DNA of 37,372 nt from Bacteroidales bacterium (GTDB taxonomy: Bacteria; Bacteroidota; Bacteroidia; Bacteroidales; 4572-128), in NCBI GenBank assembly GCA_029938235.1, contig JAOZVH010000004.1, positions 1 to 37,372 on the forward strand. The letters run 5' to 3'. Numbering within the stretch: the first letter of the stretch is position 1; each line of letters begins with the position of its first letter. The notes below the pieces were generated by a model. It was not told the DNA's origin. It saw nothing but the letters and a program-made list of their open reading frames with translations, and did no database searches. Both the position numbers and the translations under genes were made by a program. Shown one piece after another: positions 17,243 through 26,170 of this stretch.

Positions 17243-19495
17243 ATGAAAAAATACATTTTTTTATTATTTATTTTAATAAATACTTCTTGTTTTTCTCAGA
17301 ATGATGAATTAATTTTCACATTTAAAGGTCATTTTGAATATTTGCGCAGTGTATCTTTCAGTTCTAACAATAAATTTGTTGTCAGTGCGGCTGAGGATAA
17401 TACTATAAAAATTTGGGATATAGTTGAAAATCGTGAAGTTTATCCTTATAAAGAAGAAAATGACATTGTAAATTGTGCAGTATTTTCTCCGGACGATAAA
17501 TTTATTGCTACTGCTTCTAATAATAAAAATGTTACTTTATGGGAAGCTTTTGGGGATAAAAAAATTTCTGTTTTTAAAGGACATACAAAAAAAGTTTTAT
17601 CTGTATCTTTTTCTCCGGACGGTAAATTTCTTGTCAGTGCTTCTGCTGATAAAACTTTGAAAATCTGGGATATAGATAAAAAAAAACTTGTGAAAACTTT
17701 AAATGGACACAGCAAAATAGTAAATGATGCCACATTTAATTTGAGTGGAAAACAAATTTTAAGTGCTTCTTCTGATAATACTATAAAATTATGGGATGTA
17801 AAAACAGGTAAATTAATAGATACTTTTAAAGGACATTCGGAAGCAGTTTTATCTGTAAAATACAGTCCAAATGGAGAATATTTTGCAAGTTCTGGCAGAG
17901 ATAATAATATTATTTTATGGGATGCAAATAAAAATAAACCACTTAAAATTTTATCCGGTCATACAAATTATGTTAGAGAAGTTGTATTTAGTCCTTCCAG
18001 CGAATATCTTATAAGTGCTTCAAATGATAATTCTCTGAGGCTTTGGGAAGTTGAAACAGGAAAAAATATAAAATCTTTTAGAGGACATAAAAAATCTATT
18101 TCTTGTGTTGATTTTTCAAAAGATGGTAGAAGTATTGTCAGTGGTTCTAATGATTATCTTGTAAAATTATGGGATACTAAAGAATATCTTACAAAAGAAG
18201 GTAAAATTAGAGTTTTTGTAGAAAATAAAATAAATAAATGGCAAAAAAAAAGACCAAAAGAATTAGAAAAAACTTATAAAAGACGAGTGAATAAAAAAGA
18301 AAAAGAGAAAAAAATTATGTTCGCTATGAATGAAGCCATTTTGAAATTTGAAAATATTGCTTGGCAAAGTGCTATGAGAGATTATAATTTAGACCAGCAA
18401 TCTTTTAAAATTAAAATAGATAATTTTCAAGAAATTTATGTTCAAGTTCCACTTGAAGAAGCTGATGATTTTGATAATAATTTCAATATAGGTTTAAAAT
18501 ATTTAAAAGCTAAAATGGCAATAAAAGATTCTAGTTATGTTTTGTTGTATGTTGAAATAGAAAATCCAAAAAACAATAAAAAATATATTTATAAAAATAA
18601 AGAAAAATATAAATTAGACATAAATAAAATAGGTTTTCATTTTGAAAGTACGGAAAAAGAAAAATTGAAAAAGAAAAAAGAAATTCCGTATATTGAAATT
18701 GACATTCCTATAACAATGAAAAAAAATGATAATATTTTTGCATTAATAATTGGCAATGAAGATTATAATTCAGAAAAAGACACTGTCTTAAAAGATAAAA
18801 ATGTAGATCTTACTTTTGCAATAAATGACGCTAAAATTTTTAAAGAATATCTTGCGAAAACAATAGGCGTAAAAAAAAAAAATATTATTTATATAGAAAA
18901 TGCAAAAGAAAACGAAATGAAAGATGGAATTAAAAATCTTATAGAATTTATGAAAAAAAATGATTCTAAATATACTGAAGTAATTTTTTATTACTCTGGT
19001 CATATTTTACCTTTTACGCATCCACGAAAAAGATTTCCTTATTTAATGCCAACAAATATAAGCGAGAAAAATATAGAAAAAGCTATTAATTTAGAAGATA
19101 TTTATTACGAAATATCAAAAGAAAAATCTCATAAAACAACATTTTTTATAGATGCTTGTATGGGAATAAATGGCAGAGAAGAAAGTCTTTCGGAAAGCAA
19201 TTATAATGTAGAAACAAAATCAAATGCAATAAAAGGAAATATTATTAGTTTTATTGCTTGTGGAGATAAACAAAAAAATATTTATTGGAAAGAAAAAAAA
19301 CATTCTTTATTTACTTATTTTCTTTTAAAGAAATTAAAAGAAACCTCAGGAAATGTAAATTATTCTGATCTGAATAAATATCTTAGTAAACAAGTACGTT
19401 TAAAAGCATCTTCTTTAAAATCAAAAAAACAAAATACAAAATTAATGATAGGAGAAAAAGCAAAATATAGTTGGGAAAAATGGAACATGAAATGA
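17243..19495 (+). CDS. Secreted WD40-repeat protein with C-terminal caspase-like (peptidase C14) domain
   Basis: Signal peptide; 7 WD40 repeats (GH...W[DE]); FALIIGNEDY, FAINDA, FYYSGH and FIDAC, so the His/Cys dyad is present; HSLFTYFLLK. Confidence 0.92.
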   Translation: MKKYIFLLFILINTSCFSQNDELIFTFKGHFEYLRSVSFSSNNKFVVSAAEDNTIKIWDIVENREVYPYKEENDIVNCAVFSPDDKFIATASNNKNVTLWEAFGDKKISVFKGHTKKVLSVSFSPDGKFLVSASADKTLKIWDIDKKKLVKTLNGHSKIVNDATFNLSGKQILSASSDNTIKLWDVKTGKLIDTFKGHSEAVLSVKYSPNGEYFASSGRDNNIILWDANKNKPLKILSGHTNYVREVVFSPSSEYLISASNDNSLRLWEVETGKNIKSFRGHKKSISCVDFSKDGRSIVSGSNDYLVKLWDTKEYLTKEGKIRVFVENKINKWQKKRPKELEKTYKRRVNKKEKEKKIMFAMNEAILKFENIAWQSAMRDYNLDQQSFKIKIDNFQEIYVQVPLEEADDFDNNFNIGLKYLKAKMAIKDSSYVLLYVEIENPKNNKKYIYKNKEKYKLDINKIGFHFESTEKEKLKKKKEIPYIEIDIPITMKKNDNIFALIIGNEDYNSEKDTVLKDKNVDLTFAINDAKIFKEYLAKTIGVKKKNIIYIENAKENEMKDGIKNLIEFMKKNDSKYTEVIFYYSGHILPFTHPRKRFPYLMPTNISEKNIEKAINLEDIYYEISKEKSHKTTFFIDACMGINGREESLSESNYNVETKSNAIKGNIISFIACGDKQKNIYWKEKKHSLFTYFLLKKLKETSGNVNYSDLNKYLSKQVRLKASSLKSKKQNTKLMIGEKAKYSWEKWNMK

Positions 19496-19560
19496 GGAAT
19501 TAAGAATTTTTAATGTAAATGAGGAATAATTTATTTTTTTAAATTTTTTATTTCCCATAA

Positions 19561-19982
19561 AAAATTGCCGTTTTTTGAAAAAAAAATTTTTTTAATTTCA
19601 AATTTAAAAATCATAAAATTTTGAACGATTTTTGAAAAAAAATTTTTTTTTAATTTCAAAATTAAAAATCATAAAATTTTGGACGATTTTTGAAAAAATT
19701 TTTTTAATTTCAAATTTAAAAATCATAAAATTTTAGACGATTTTTGAAAAAATTTTTTTAATTTCAAATTTAAAAATCATAAAATTTTGGACGATTTTGA
19801 AAAAAAAATTTTTTAATTTCAAATTTAAAAATCATAAAATTTTGGACGATTTTTGAAAAAATTTTTTTTAATTTCAAATTTAAAAATCATAAAATTTTGG
19901 ACGATTTTTGAAAATTTTTTTTTTAATTTTGAAATTAAAAATCATAAAATTTTGGACGATTTTTGAAAAAAATTTTTTTTAA
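19561..19982 (-). repeat. Tandem array of about 8 units (~54-58 bp) of the A/T-tract satellite, reverse orientation
   Basis: CG cores near 19569, 19626, 19684, 19738, 19792, 19847, 19902 and 19957; + strand unit AATTTCAAATTTAAAAATCATAAAATTTTGGACGATTTTTGAAAAAATTTTTTT. Confidence 0.95.
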
Positions 19983-21134
19983 TTATATTTTTTGGTAAAA
20001 ATATAATTCATGATTTTTTAAGATTTCCGGATGAAAAATTTTAATTAAATCTTTTAAAATTATATCTGGTTTTATCATTCCTGATTCCCAGTAATCATTT
20101 CCTCCGTTTGAAAATGAGCGTTTATTATTATTAAACATTTTATCATTTGAAAAAGCTTTAAAATGTCTTAATCTTTCATCTATTGCTATAACTTCTTCCA
20201 AACGTTTTGCCGAACCAATATTTATCCAAATATCTGAATTTCTTGCTTTTAAAAGAACATTTTCAAAATTTAATGGTATGCTATTTTTTTTATTACTATC
20301 TTTCCAAATATAATCTCCACCTGCATCTTCTATTAATTTTGCCATATAAGATTTTCCACCCGGCACATACCATAGATCTTTCCACAAAATATTTGTCATA
20401 ATTTTAGGTTTTATTTTAACATTTTTTATTAATTTTTTTAAATTATTATAATTTTTTACAACTTTATTAAATTTATCAATTACAAATTTTTCCTTATCAT
20501 AAAAAGCTGATAAAAATTTTATCCATTCCATCTTTCCCAATGGATGATTTTCTAAATATTCTCCATTCATTAGGACTTTTATGCCTAAGTTTTCTAACTT
20601 ATTTAAATTATTAGACGAATTTACATCGTAAGCAAGAACAAAATCACTTTTCATCTTTAAAATAAGTTCGTAGTTTAAATTTGCATCATAGCCAATTTCT
20701 TTAATTTTATTTTGTGAAATTGAATTTCTAACTTTGTTATTGCTGACAAATTTTGCTCCGGAAATTCCTATCACAGAATGAGTTTCGTTCATAAAATCTA
20801 AAAGAGAAATATGAGTTGTAGATAAACAAATTATGCGTTTTATAGGAATTTTTATAAAAGTAAATTTTTGTAAATATTTAGGAATTAAACTTTTATCTTT
20901 TCCAAGAACATAAGTGTAATTTTTTAAACGGTAAAATACTTGAACGATTTTATAATTTTCAAAATATTTTATATCAAAACCCTTAGCATATTTTATAGAA
21001 AAAGGTGGGTTTATTTCTTTATCTTTATTTTCAATAATTTCTTTTTTAATTTCATTTCTACAAGAAAACATTAAAAATATTAAAGAAAATAAGAAAAAAA
21101 ATTTTTTCGCTTTTTGATTTTTTAATTTTTTCAT
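19983..21134 (-). CDS. ABC transporter substrate-binding lipoprotein (iron-siderophore/cobalamin, BtuF-like)
   Basis: Lipobox MFSC; IKYAKGF, PIKRIICLSTTH, EYLENHPLGKMEWIKF, WYVPGGKSY, GNDYWESG...PDIILKDL. Confidence 0.9.
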   Translation of the reverse strand: MKKLKNQKAKKFFFLFSLIFLMFSCRNEIKKEIIENKDKEINPPFSIKYAKGFDIKYFENYKIVQVFYRLKNYTYVLGKDKSLIPKYLQKFTFIKIPIKRIICLSTTHISLLDFMNETHSVIGISGAKFVSNNKVRNSISQNKIKEIGYDANLNYELILKMKSDFVLAYDVNSSNNLNKLENLGIKVLMNGEYLENHPLGKMEWIKFLSAFYDKEKFVIDKFNKVVKNYNNLKKLIKNVKIKPKIMTNILWKDLWYVPGGKSYMAKLIEDAGGDYIWKDSNKKNSIPLNFENVLLKARNSDIWINIGSAKRLEEVIAIDERLRHFKAFSNDKMFNNNKRSFSNGGNDYWESGMIKPDIILKDLIKIFHPEILKNHELYFYQKI

Positions 21135-21190
21135 TTAATTTAAATTTATTTTTTAATTTCAAAAAAGAATTTTTAATTTATATATTCCAT

Positions 21191-23020
21191 TTAATTAAAT
21201 GGAATGATAAAATGAAAAGTTGAACCTTTATTTATTTCTGATGTAAACCAAATTCTACCATCAAGAAGTTCTATGATTTTTTTTGAAATGGTTAAACCTA
21301 AACCAGCTCCTTGATAATTTTGAAATACATTTTCTTCTACCTTTCTAAATCTTATAAAAATAATATTTTTGTATTCTTTTTTTATTCCAATTCCAGTATC
21401 TTTTACAGAAAATTGCAAATAATTTTCATCATTTATAAAAAATGAGATTTCTATTTTTCCACGCTCTGTAAATTTAAAAGCATTATTTAATAAATTCTTA
21501 ATAACTTGTCTAATTCTCTCTTTATCAGAAAAAATAGCAAAATCTTCTATATTATTATTAATTTTAAATTCTATATTTTTATTTTCTCTTTCTTTTTTTA
21601 TTTTTAATAAATTCATTTCCTCTTTCAAAATACTGCTTATAATAAATTTTTCTTTTTTTAATTTAATTTGTCCGGCTTCCATTTTCGATAAATCCATAAT
21701 ATTGTCTATTAATTGCAAAAGTGTATTTGTACTTTCTTTTAAATAAGAAATATAGGTTTTTCTATCTTTTTCTGGAAAATTAGGCATTGCAAGTATATCA
21801 GAAAAACCAATAATTGCATTCATAGGAGTTCTTATTTCGTGAGAAATATTTGCAAGAAAAAATGATTTTAGTTTATCTGATTCTTCTGCTTTTTTTTTTG
21901 CTTTTCTTAAATTTATTTCAAATTTTTTTTGTTCAGTAATATCTCTCAAAATGACAATCAAATTCCAATCTCCATTAATATATGTTGTTGTAATGGAAGC
22001 ACTTACAATTATTTTTTCAAAGTTTTTTTTTTGTAAAAAAAATTCAATATTATTATAATTTTTCTTTTTTCTTTTTATTTTTTCTAGGTTTGAAAATGTT
22101 TTTTCTAAAACAAGTTTATGTTTTTTTTTTGATAATAAAATATAAAATTTTTTTTCCATTACTTCTTCTTTTTTATAGCCAAACAGTTTTTCAGCTGCTT
22201 TATTCCAAAATACAATATCTGCATTTTTATTTATCATAAAAATTGTATCATTTGCAAATGATGTTATTTTTTCAAATTGCTCTTTACTTTGTTTCAAAAA
22301 TCTTTCTGCGGATAGATATTTGTTTCTTCTTTCTTCTAATTTATTCAACATTTTATTAAAAGATGAATACAAAACACTAAATTCATTATTATGGTATTCT
22401 TTTAATCGAAAAGATGAATAATCGGAAATATTGCTGATTTTTTTTGTGAATTTTGTCAATTGTAAAATAGGCTTTATTATAAAACTTTGAGACCATAAAG
22501 ACAAAATTAAAGATAGTAATATCATAAAAAAAGCAATAACTATAAAAGTTTCCAAATGAATTTTTATTTTATTGTTCAAATTTATTGTAGAATAAGTCAA
22601 ATGTATGTAGGCAATAATTTTATTATTTTCAAATATAGGCTCTGAAACCAGTATATAATCATCGCTAATTTGCTGTAAACCTTCCCTAGAAAAATCGAAA
22701 AGAAAAAATTCAAAATCTCCATAATTACTATAAATAGAAATTATTTCTTTTTCTGCATTGTACAAACGAACATCTTTTACCATTTTTACAAACTTAAGAT
22801 TTTCTAATATACTTTTTGCTTCTTCTTTATTATTCTTTTTCAAAGAACGAAGAGAATGTTGTCCGATTAATTTACTATGTAAAATAGCGTTATTTAACGC
22901 CTCTTTTTTAAAATTATTAATATCTCTTGTTATAATAATTGTCATTCCAATAATTATCACAAGAAAATTAATGAAAAATATAGTAAAAATAATTTTATAT
23001 TTTATGGAAAAATCTTTCAT
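21191..23020 (-). CDS. Membrane sensor histidine kinase (2 TM, HAMP, PAS, HisKA, HATPase_c)
   Basis: WNKAAEKLFGY (PAS); FLANISHEIRTPMNAI (H box); NLLNNAFKFT, DTGIGI and GAGLGL. No receiver domain. Confidence 0.95.
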   Translation of the reverse strand: MKDFSIKYKIIFTIFFINFLVIIIGMTIIITRDINNFKKEALNNAILHSKLIGQHSLRSLKKNNKEEAKSILENLKFVKMVKDVRLYNAEKEIISIYSNYGDFEFFLFDFSREGLQQISDDYILVSEPIFENNKIIAYIHLTYSTINLNNKIKIHLETFIVIAFFMILLSLILSLWSQSFIIKPILQLTKFTKKISNISDYSSFRLKEYHNNEFSVLYSSFNKMLNKLEERRNKYLSAERFLKQSKEQFEKITSFANDTIFMINKNADIVFWNKAAEKLFGYKKEEVMEKKFYILLSKKKHKLVLEKTFSNLEKIKRKKKNYNNIEFFLQKKNFEKIIVSASITTTYINGDWNLIVILRDITEQKKFEINLRKAKKKAEESDKLKSFFLANISHEIRTPMNAIIGFSDILAMPNFPEKDRKTYISYLKESTNTLLQLIDNIMDLSKMEAGQIKLKKEKFIISSILKEEMNLLKIKKERENKNIEFKINNNIEDFAIFSDKERIRQVIKNLLNNAFKFTERGKIEISFFINDENYLQFSVKDTGIGIKKEYKNIIFIRFRKVEENVFQNYQGAGLGLTISKKIIELLDGRIWFTSEINKGSTFHFIIPFN

Positions 23021-23087
23021 ATAAAAAAGTATAAAAATTTATTTATTAAAAATAAAATAAAAATTTTTTTTATTAAAATAAAATTTT

Positions 23088-23095
23088 TATCTTTG
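23088..23095 (+). promoter_or_regulatory. -7 promoter core TATCTTTG for the His-rich lipoprotein
   Basis: TATCTTTGCA 37 nt upstream of ATG 23133. Confidence 0.55.
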
Positions 23096-23132
23096 CAAAA
23101 TAATTTTTATATTTTTTTTATATTTTTTAGTT

Positions 23133-23726
23133 ATGGTTAAGAACTTATTTTTTATCTTATTATTTTCTTCTTTTTTATTTTCTTCTTGCAAAGATTGTGC
23201 TCCTGGTGAAGGAGATGACAAAGAAAAGAAAATGAAATCAGAAAAACTAGCTTCAAGTGCTATTACAGTAGATGATTTGAAAGCTAAAGGGAAAGAATTT
23301 ATTGGCAAAGAAGTTACCGTAAAAGGAACTATTACTCACATTTGTCATACAAGTGGTAAAAAAATGCATATTATAGGAACTGATAAAAAGTTTTCTGTAA
23401 AAGTAGAAACGAATGGAACTCCTTTTGATATAAAATTAGAAAGTTCTCAAAAACAAGAAATAGAAGTTGTTGGTATTCTTAGAGAAATAAAACTTGGTGA
23501 GCATAAAGATGCTGAAGGACATGACCACAAAGATGGTGAAGCACATGAGCATAAAGAAGGTGAAGCACATGACCACAAAGATTGTAAAGGACACAAAGAT
23601 GGTGAAGCACATGACCATAAAGATGGTGAAGCACATGACCACAAAGATGGTGAAGGACACAATTCAACAGATGCTTGTGGAAATTCAGGTTATGTGATAG
23701 AGTATAAATCACATAAATTATTATAA
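23133..23726 (+). CDS. OB-fold-like lipoprotein with His/Asp-rich repeat insertion
   Basis: Lipobox FSSC; ITVDDL...GKEVTVKGTITHICHTSGKK resembles an OB-fold start; (HDHKDGEA)n follows. Confidence 0.8.
   Translation: MVKNLFFILLFSSFLFSSCKDCAPGEGDDKEKKMKSEKLASSAITVDDLKAKGKEFIGKEVTVKGTITHICHTSGKKMHIIGTDKKFSVKVETNGTPFDIKLESSQKQEIEVVGILREIKLGEHKDAEGHDHKDGEAHEHKEGEAHDHKDCKGHKDGEAHDHKDGEAHDHKDGEGHNSTDACGNSGYVIEYKSHKLL
23499..23660 (+). repeat. 24-nt in-frame tandem repeat encoding HDHKDGEA
   Basis: About 7 units of GCACATGACCACAAAGATGGTGAA type, one shortened. Confidence 0.92.
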
Positions 23727-23756
23727 GTTTTTAAATAAATTTTTAATTTTATTTTT

Positions 23757-23800
23757 AAAATGGAATTTTACGAAAAAATTTTTTCGTAAAATTCCATTTT
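23757..23800. terminator. Perfect 44-bp palindrome followed by a T-tract (putative intrinsic terminator)
   Basis: AAAATGGAATTTTACGAAAAAA / TTTTTTCGTAAAATTCCATTTT; no loop. Confidence 0.7.
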
Positions 23801-23814
23801 TTTTTAATTTTTTT

Positions 23815-25638
23815 ATGAAAAATCGTTTAAAATATATATTTTTTTTAACTTTATTTTGGCTTTTTATTTTTTTTATATCAAAAATTTTATTTCTAATATA
23901 TCAATTTGAGTTTTCAAAAGAAATTCAATTTTTAGATTTATTGAGAATTTTTTTTTACGGAATGCCTCTTGACATTTCTATGATTTCTTATTTATTGATA
24001 ATTCCTTTTTTATTTTTTATTTTTTATTTTTCATCAAATGAAAATTTTATTAGGAATTTCCTTAGAATATATAATATCATTTTTATTTTTATTTCATTAC
24101 TTTTAATTGTTTTTAATTTAGAATTATATAGAAATTGGGGCTTTCATATTGATAGTACAATTTTACTTTATATAGAAACACCGAAAGAAATGATGGCTTC
24201 GGTTGATTTATCTACAAGTTTAAAATCTATATTTTTATTAGTTTTTTTATTCTCTTTCTTAATTGTTATTTACAATAAAATTTTTTTCAAAATTAATTTT
24301 GAAAAAAATAATTTCCCTAAGTCATTGATAATGTTTGTTTTAATTTTATTATTAATAATTCCAATTCGCGGAGGAATAGGAATTGCCCCTGTAAATGTTG
24401 GAACAGTTTATTTTCATAAAAAAAAATTTATTAATCATTCTGCTGTAAATGTTATCTGGAATTTTATGTATTCCATTTCAAAAATCGGAAAACATAAAAA
24501 AGTTAAATTTTTTGAAGAAAAAGAAGCAAAAAAAATTTTTTCTGATTTATACAAGGAAAATTTAGAAAATAATTTTATTTTAAAAAATAAAAATCCAAAT
24601 ATTGTTTTTATTATTTTGGAAAGTTTTACAGCAAAAGTTATAGAAAATCTTGACGGTAAAAAAGGAATTACTCCAAATTTTAAAAATTTACAAAAAGATG
24701 GCATATTTTTTAAAAATTTTTACGCAAATGGCGACCGTTCAGATAAAGGCATAGTTTCTATTTTAAGTGGCTATCCTGCTCAGGCAACAACTTCCATAAT
24801 AAAATTTACAAAAAAGACAGAAAATTTGCCTTTTATTTCAAAAGATTTAAAAAAATTAAATTATAAAAGTTCTTTTTATTATGGTGGAGATATAAATTTT
24901 GCAAATTTGAAATCTTATTTTGTAAACGGTGAATTTGATGAAATTATTAGTAAAAAAGATTTTCCAAGCGAATTTCATAATTCTAAATGGGGAGTTCATG
25001 ACCATTTACTTTTTGAAAAATTTTTTGAAGATATTTCTAAAGAAAAGGAAAAATTTTTCAAAGTTCTTTTTACTCTGAGTTCACACGAGCCTTTTGACGT
25101 TCCGATGAAAATAGTTTTTCAAGGTGATGATGAAGAAAATAGATTTTTAAATTCTGTTTATTACACTGATAAATGTATAGGAATTTTTTTTGAAAAAATA
25201 AAGAAAACAAAATTTTGGGAGAATACTTTGTTTATTTTGGTTGCTGACCACGGAAGTCGTTTACCTGATAATACTGCTAATTTTGAAATAAAAAAATTTC
25301 ACATTCCTATGCTTTGGCTCGGCGGAGTTTTGAAAAAAAAAGATACAATAATTAATTTATTTTCTTCGCAAACAGACATCGCAAAAACTCTTATGTCTCA
25401 ATTAAATATTGAAAATAAAAATTATATTTTCAGTAAAAATATTTTTTCTAAAAAAGCAAAATCATTTTCTTTTTATACTTTTAATGATGGTTTTGCTTTT
25501 ATAAACGATGGAAATCAAATTATTTTTGACAATATTAAAAAAGATTTTTTATTAAAAAACGGAATAAATTTTAAAGAAAATGAAAAAAAAGGTAAAGCAT
25601 ATTTTCAAATTTTAAACAATGATTTTTCTCTAAGATAA
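23815..25638 (+). CDS. LTA synthase family / sulfatase-like membrane phosphotransferase
   Basis: About five N-terminal TMs; PIRGG; NIVFIILESF; GDRSDKG; LSSHEPF; VADHG. Confidence 0.92.
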   Translation: MKNRLKYIFFLTLFWLFIFFISKILFLIYQFEFSKEIQFLDLLRIFFYGMPLDISMISYLLIIPFLFFIFYFSSNENFIRNFLRIYNIIFIFISLLLIVFNLELYRNWGFHIDSTILLYIETPKEMMASVDLSTSLKSIFLLVFLFSFLIVIYNKIFFKINFEKNNFPKSLIMFVLILLLIIPIRGGIGIAPVNVGTVYFHKKKFINHSAVNVIWNFMYSISKIGKHKKVKFFEEKEAKKIFSDLYKENLENNFILKNKNPNIVFIILESFTAKVIENLDGKKGITPNFKNLQKDGIFFKNFYANGDRSDKGIVSILSGYPAQATTSIIKFTKKTENLPFISKDLKKLNYKSSFYYGGDINFANLKSYFVNGEFDEIISKKDFPSEFHNSKWGVHDHLLFEKFFEDISKEKEKFFKVLFTLSSHEPFDVPMKIVFQGDDEENRFLNSVYYTDKCIGIFFEKIKKTKFWENTLFILVADHGSRLPDNTANFEIKKFHIPMLWLGGVLKKKDTIINLFSSQTDIAKTLMSQLNIENKNYIFSKNIFSKKAKSFSFYTFNDGFAFINDGNQIIFDNIKKDFLLKNGINFKENEKKGKAYFQILNNDFSLR

Positions 25639-25644
25639 AATATT

Positions 25645-26058
25645 TAATTTTTTTTAATTTCAAAATAAAAAATCGTAAAATTTTGAATTAAAAAAAAATT
25701 TTTTTTCAAAAAAACCACTTTTTTTTATGATTTTTTTATAAAAAAATCATAAAATGCTGAAATTTTCAACATTTTTTAAATTAAAAAAAAATCAAAAAAC
25801 TTAAAATTTTAATGTTTTTTAAATTATTAAAAAAAAATTTTTTTCAAAAATCATTGAAATTTTAATGATTTTAAATTATTAATAATAAAAAATTCAAAAA
25901 ATACCGAAATTTTTATGACTTTTAAATTATTTTATTTTTTTTCAAAAATATTAAAATTTTAATGATTTTAAATTTTTAAAAAAATCAAAAATTTTAATAT
26001 TTTTTATATTAATTTTTTTTTATTAAAAAACGTTTTTTTTTAAAATTTAATTTTTGAA
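25645..26058 (+). repeat. Degenerate satellite-derived A/T-tract region
   Basis: Recurring TTCAAAAA...AAAATTTTAATG(A/T)TTTTAAATT elements with decayed CG cores (AATCGTAAAA, AAACCAC, ATACCGAAA). Confidence 0.6.
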
Positions 26059-26065
26059 ATTGTTT

Positions 26066-26073
26066 TATATTTG
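26066..26073 (+). promoter_or_regulatory. -7 promoter core TATATTTG for the giant T9SS protein
   Basis: TAnnTTTG match about 50-100 nt upstream of the candidate starts. Confidence 0.45.
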
Positions 26074-26170
26074 ATATTTTAAAATTAAAAAAAAAATAAA
26101 AAATTTTATAAAAAATTATATAATTATAAAAAAAATTTTTCTTAAAAAACCGCTATTATTTTTAATTTTC

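Noticed and set aside
19561-19982. CRISPR array interpretation of the ~55-bp periodic arrays (also 2413-2758)
   Set aside because: The entire unit repeats, there are no unique spacers, and no cas genes are in the window.
23436-23712. Four alternative-frame ORFs over the His-rich repeat
   Set aside because: These are by-products of a stop-free 24-nt tandem repeat inside the lipoprotein gene.
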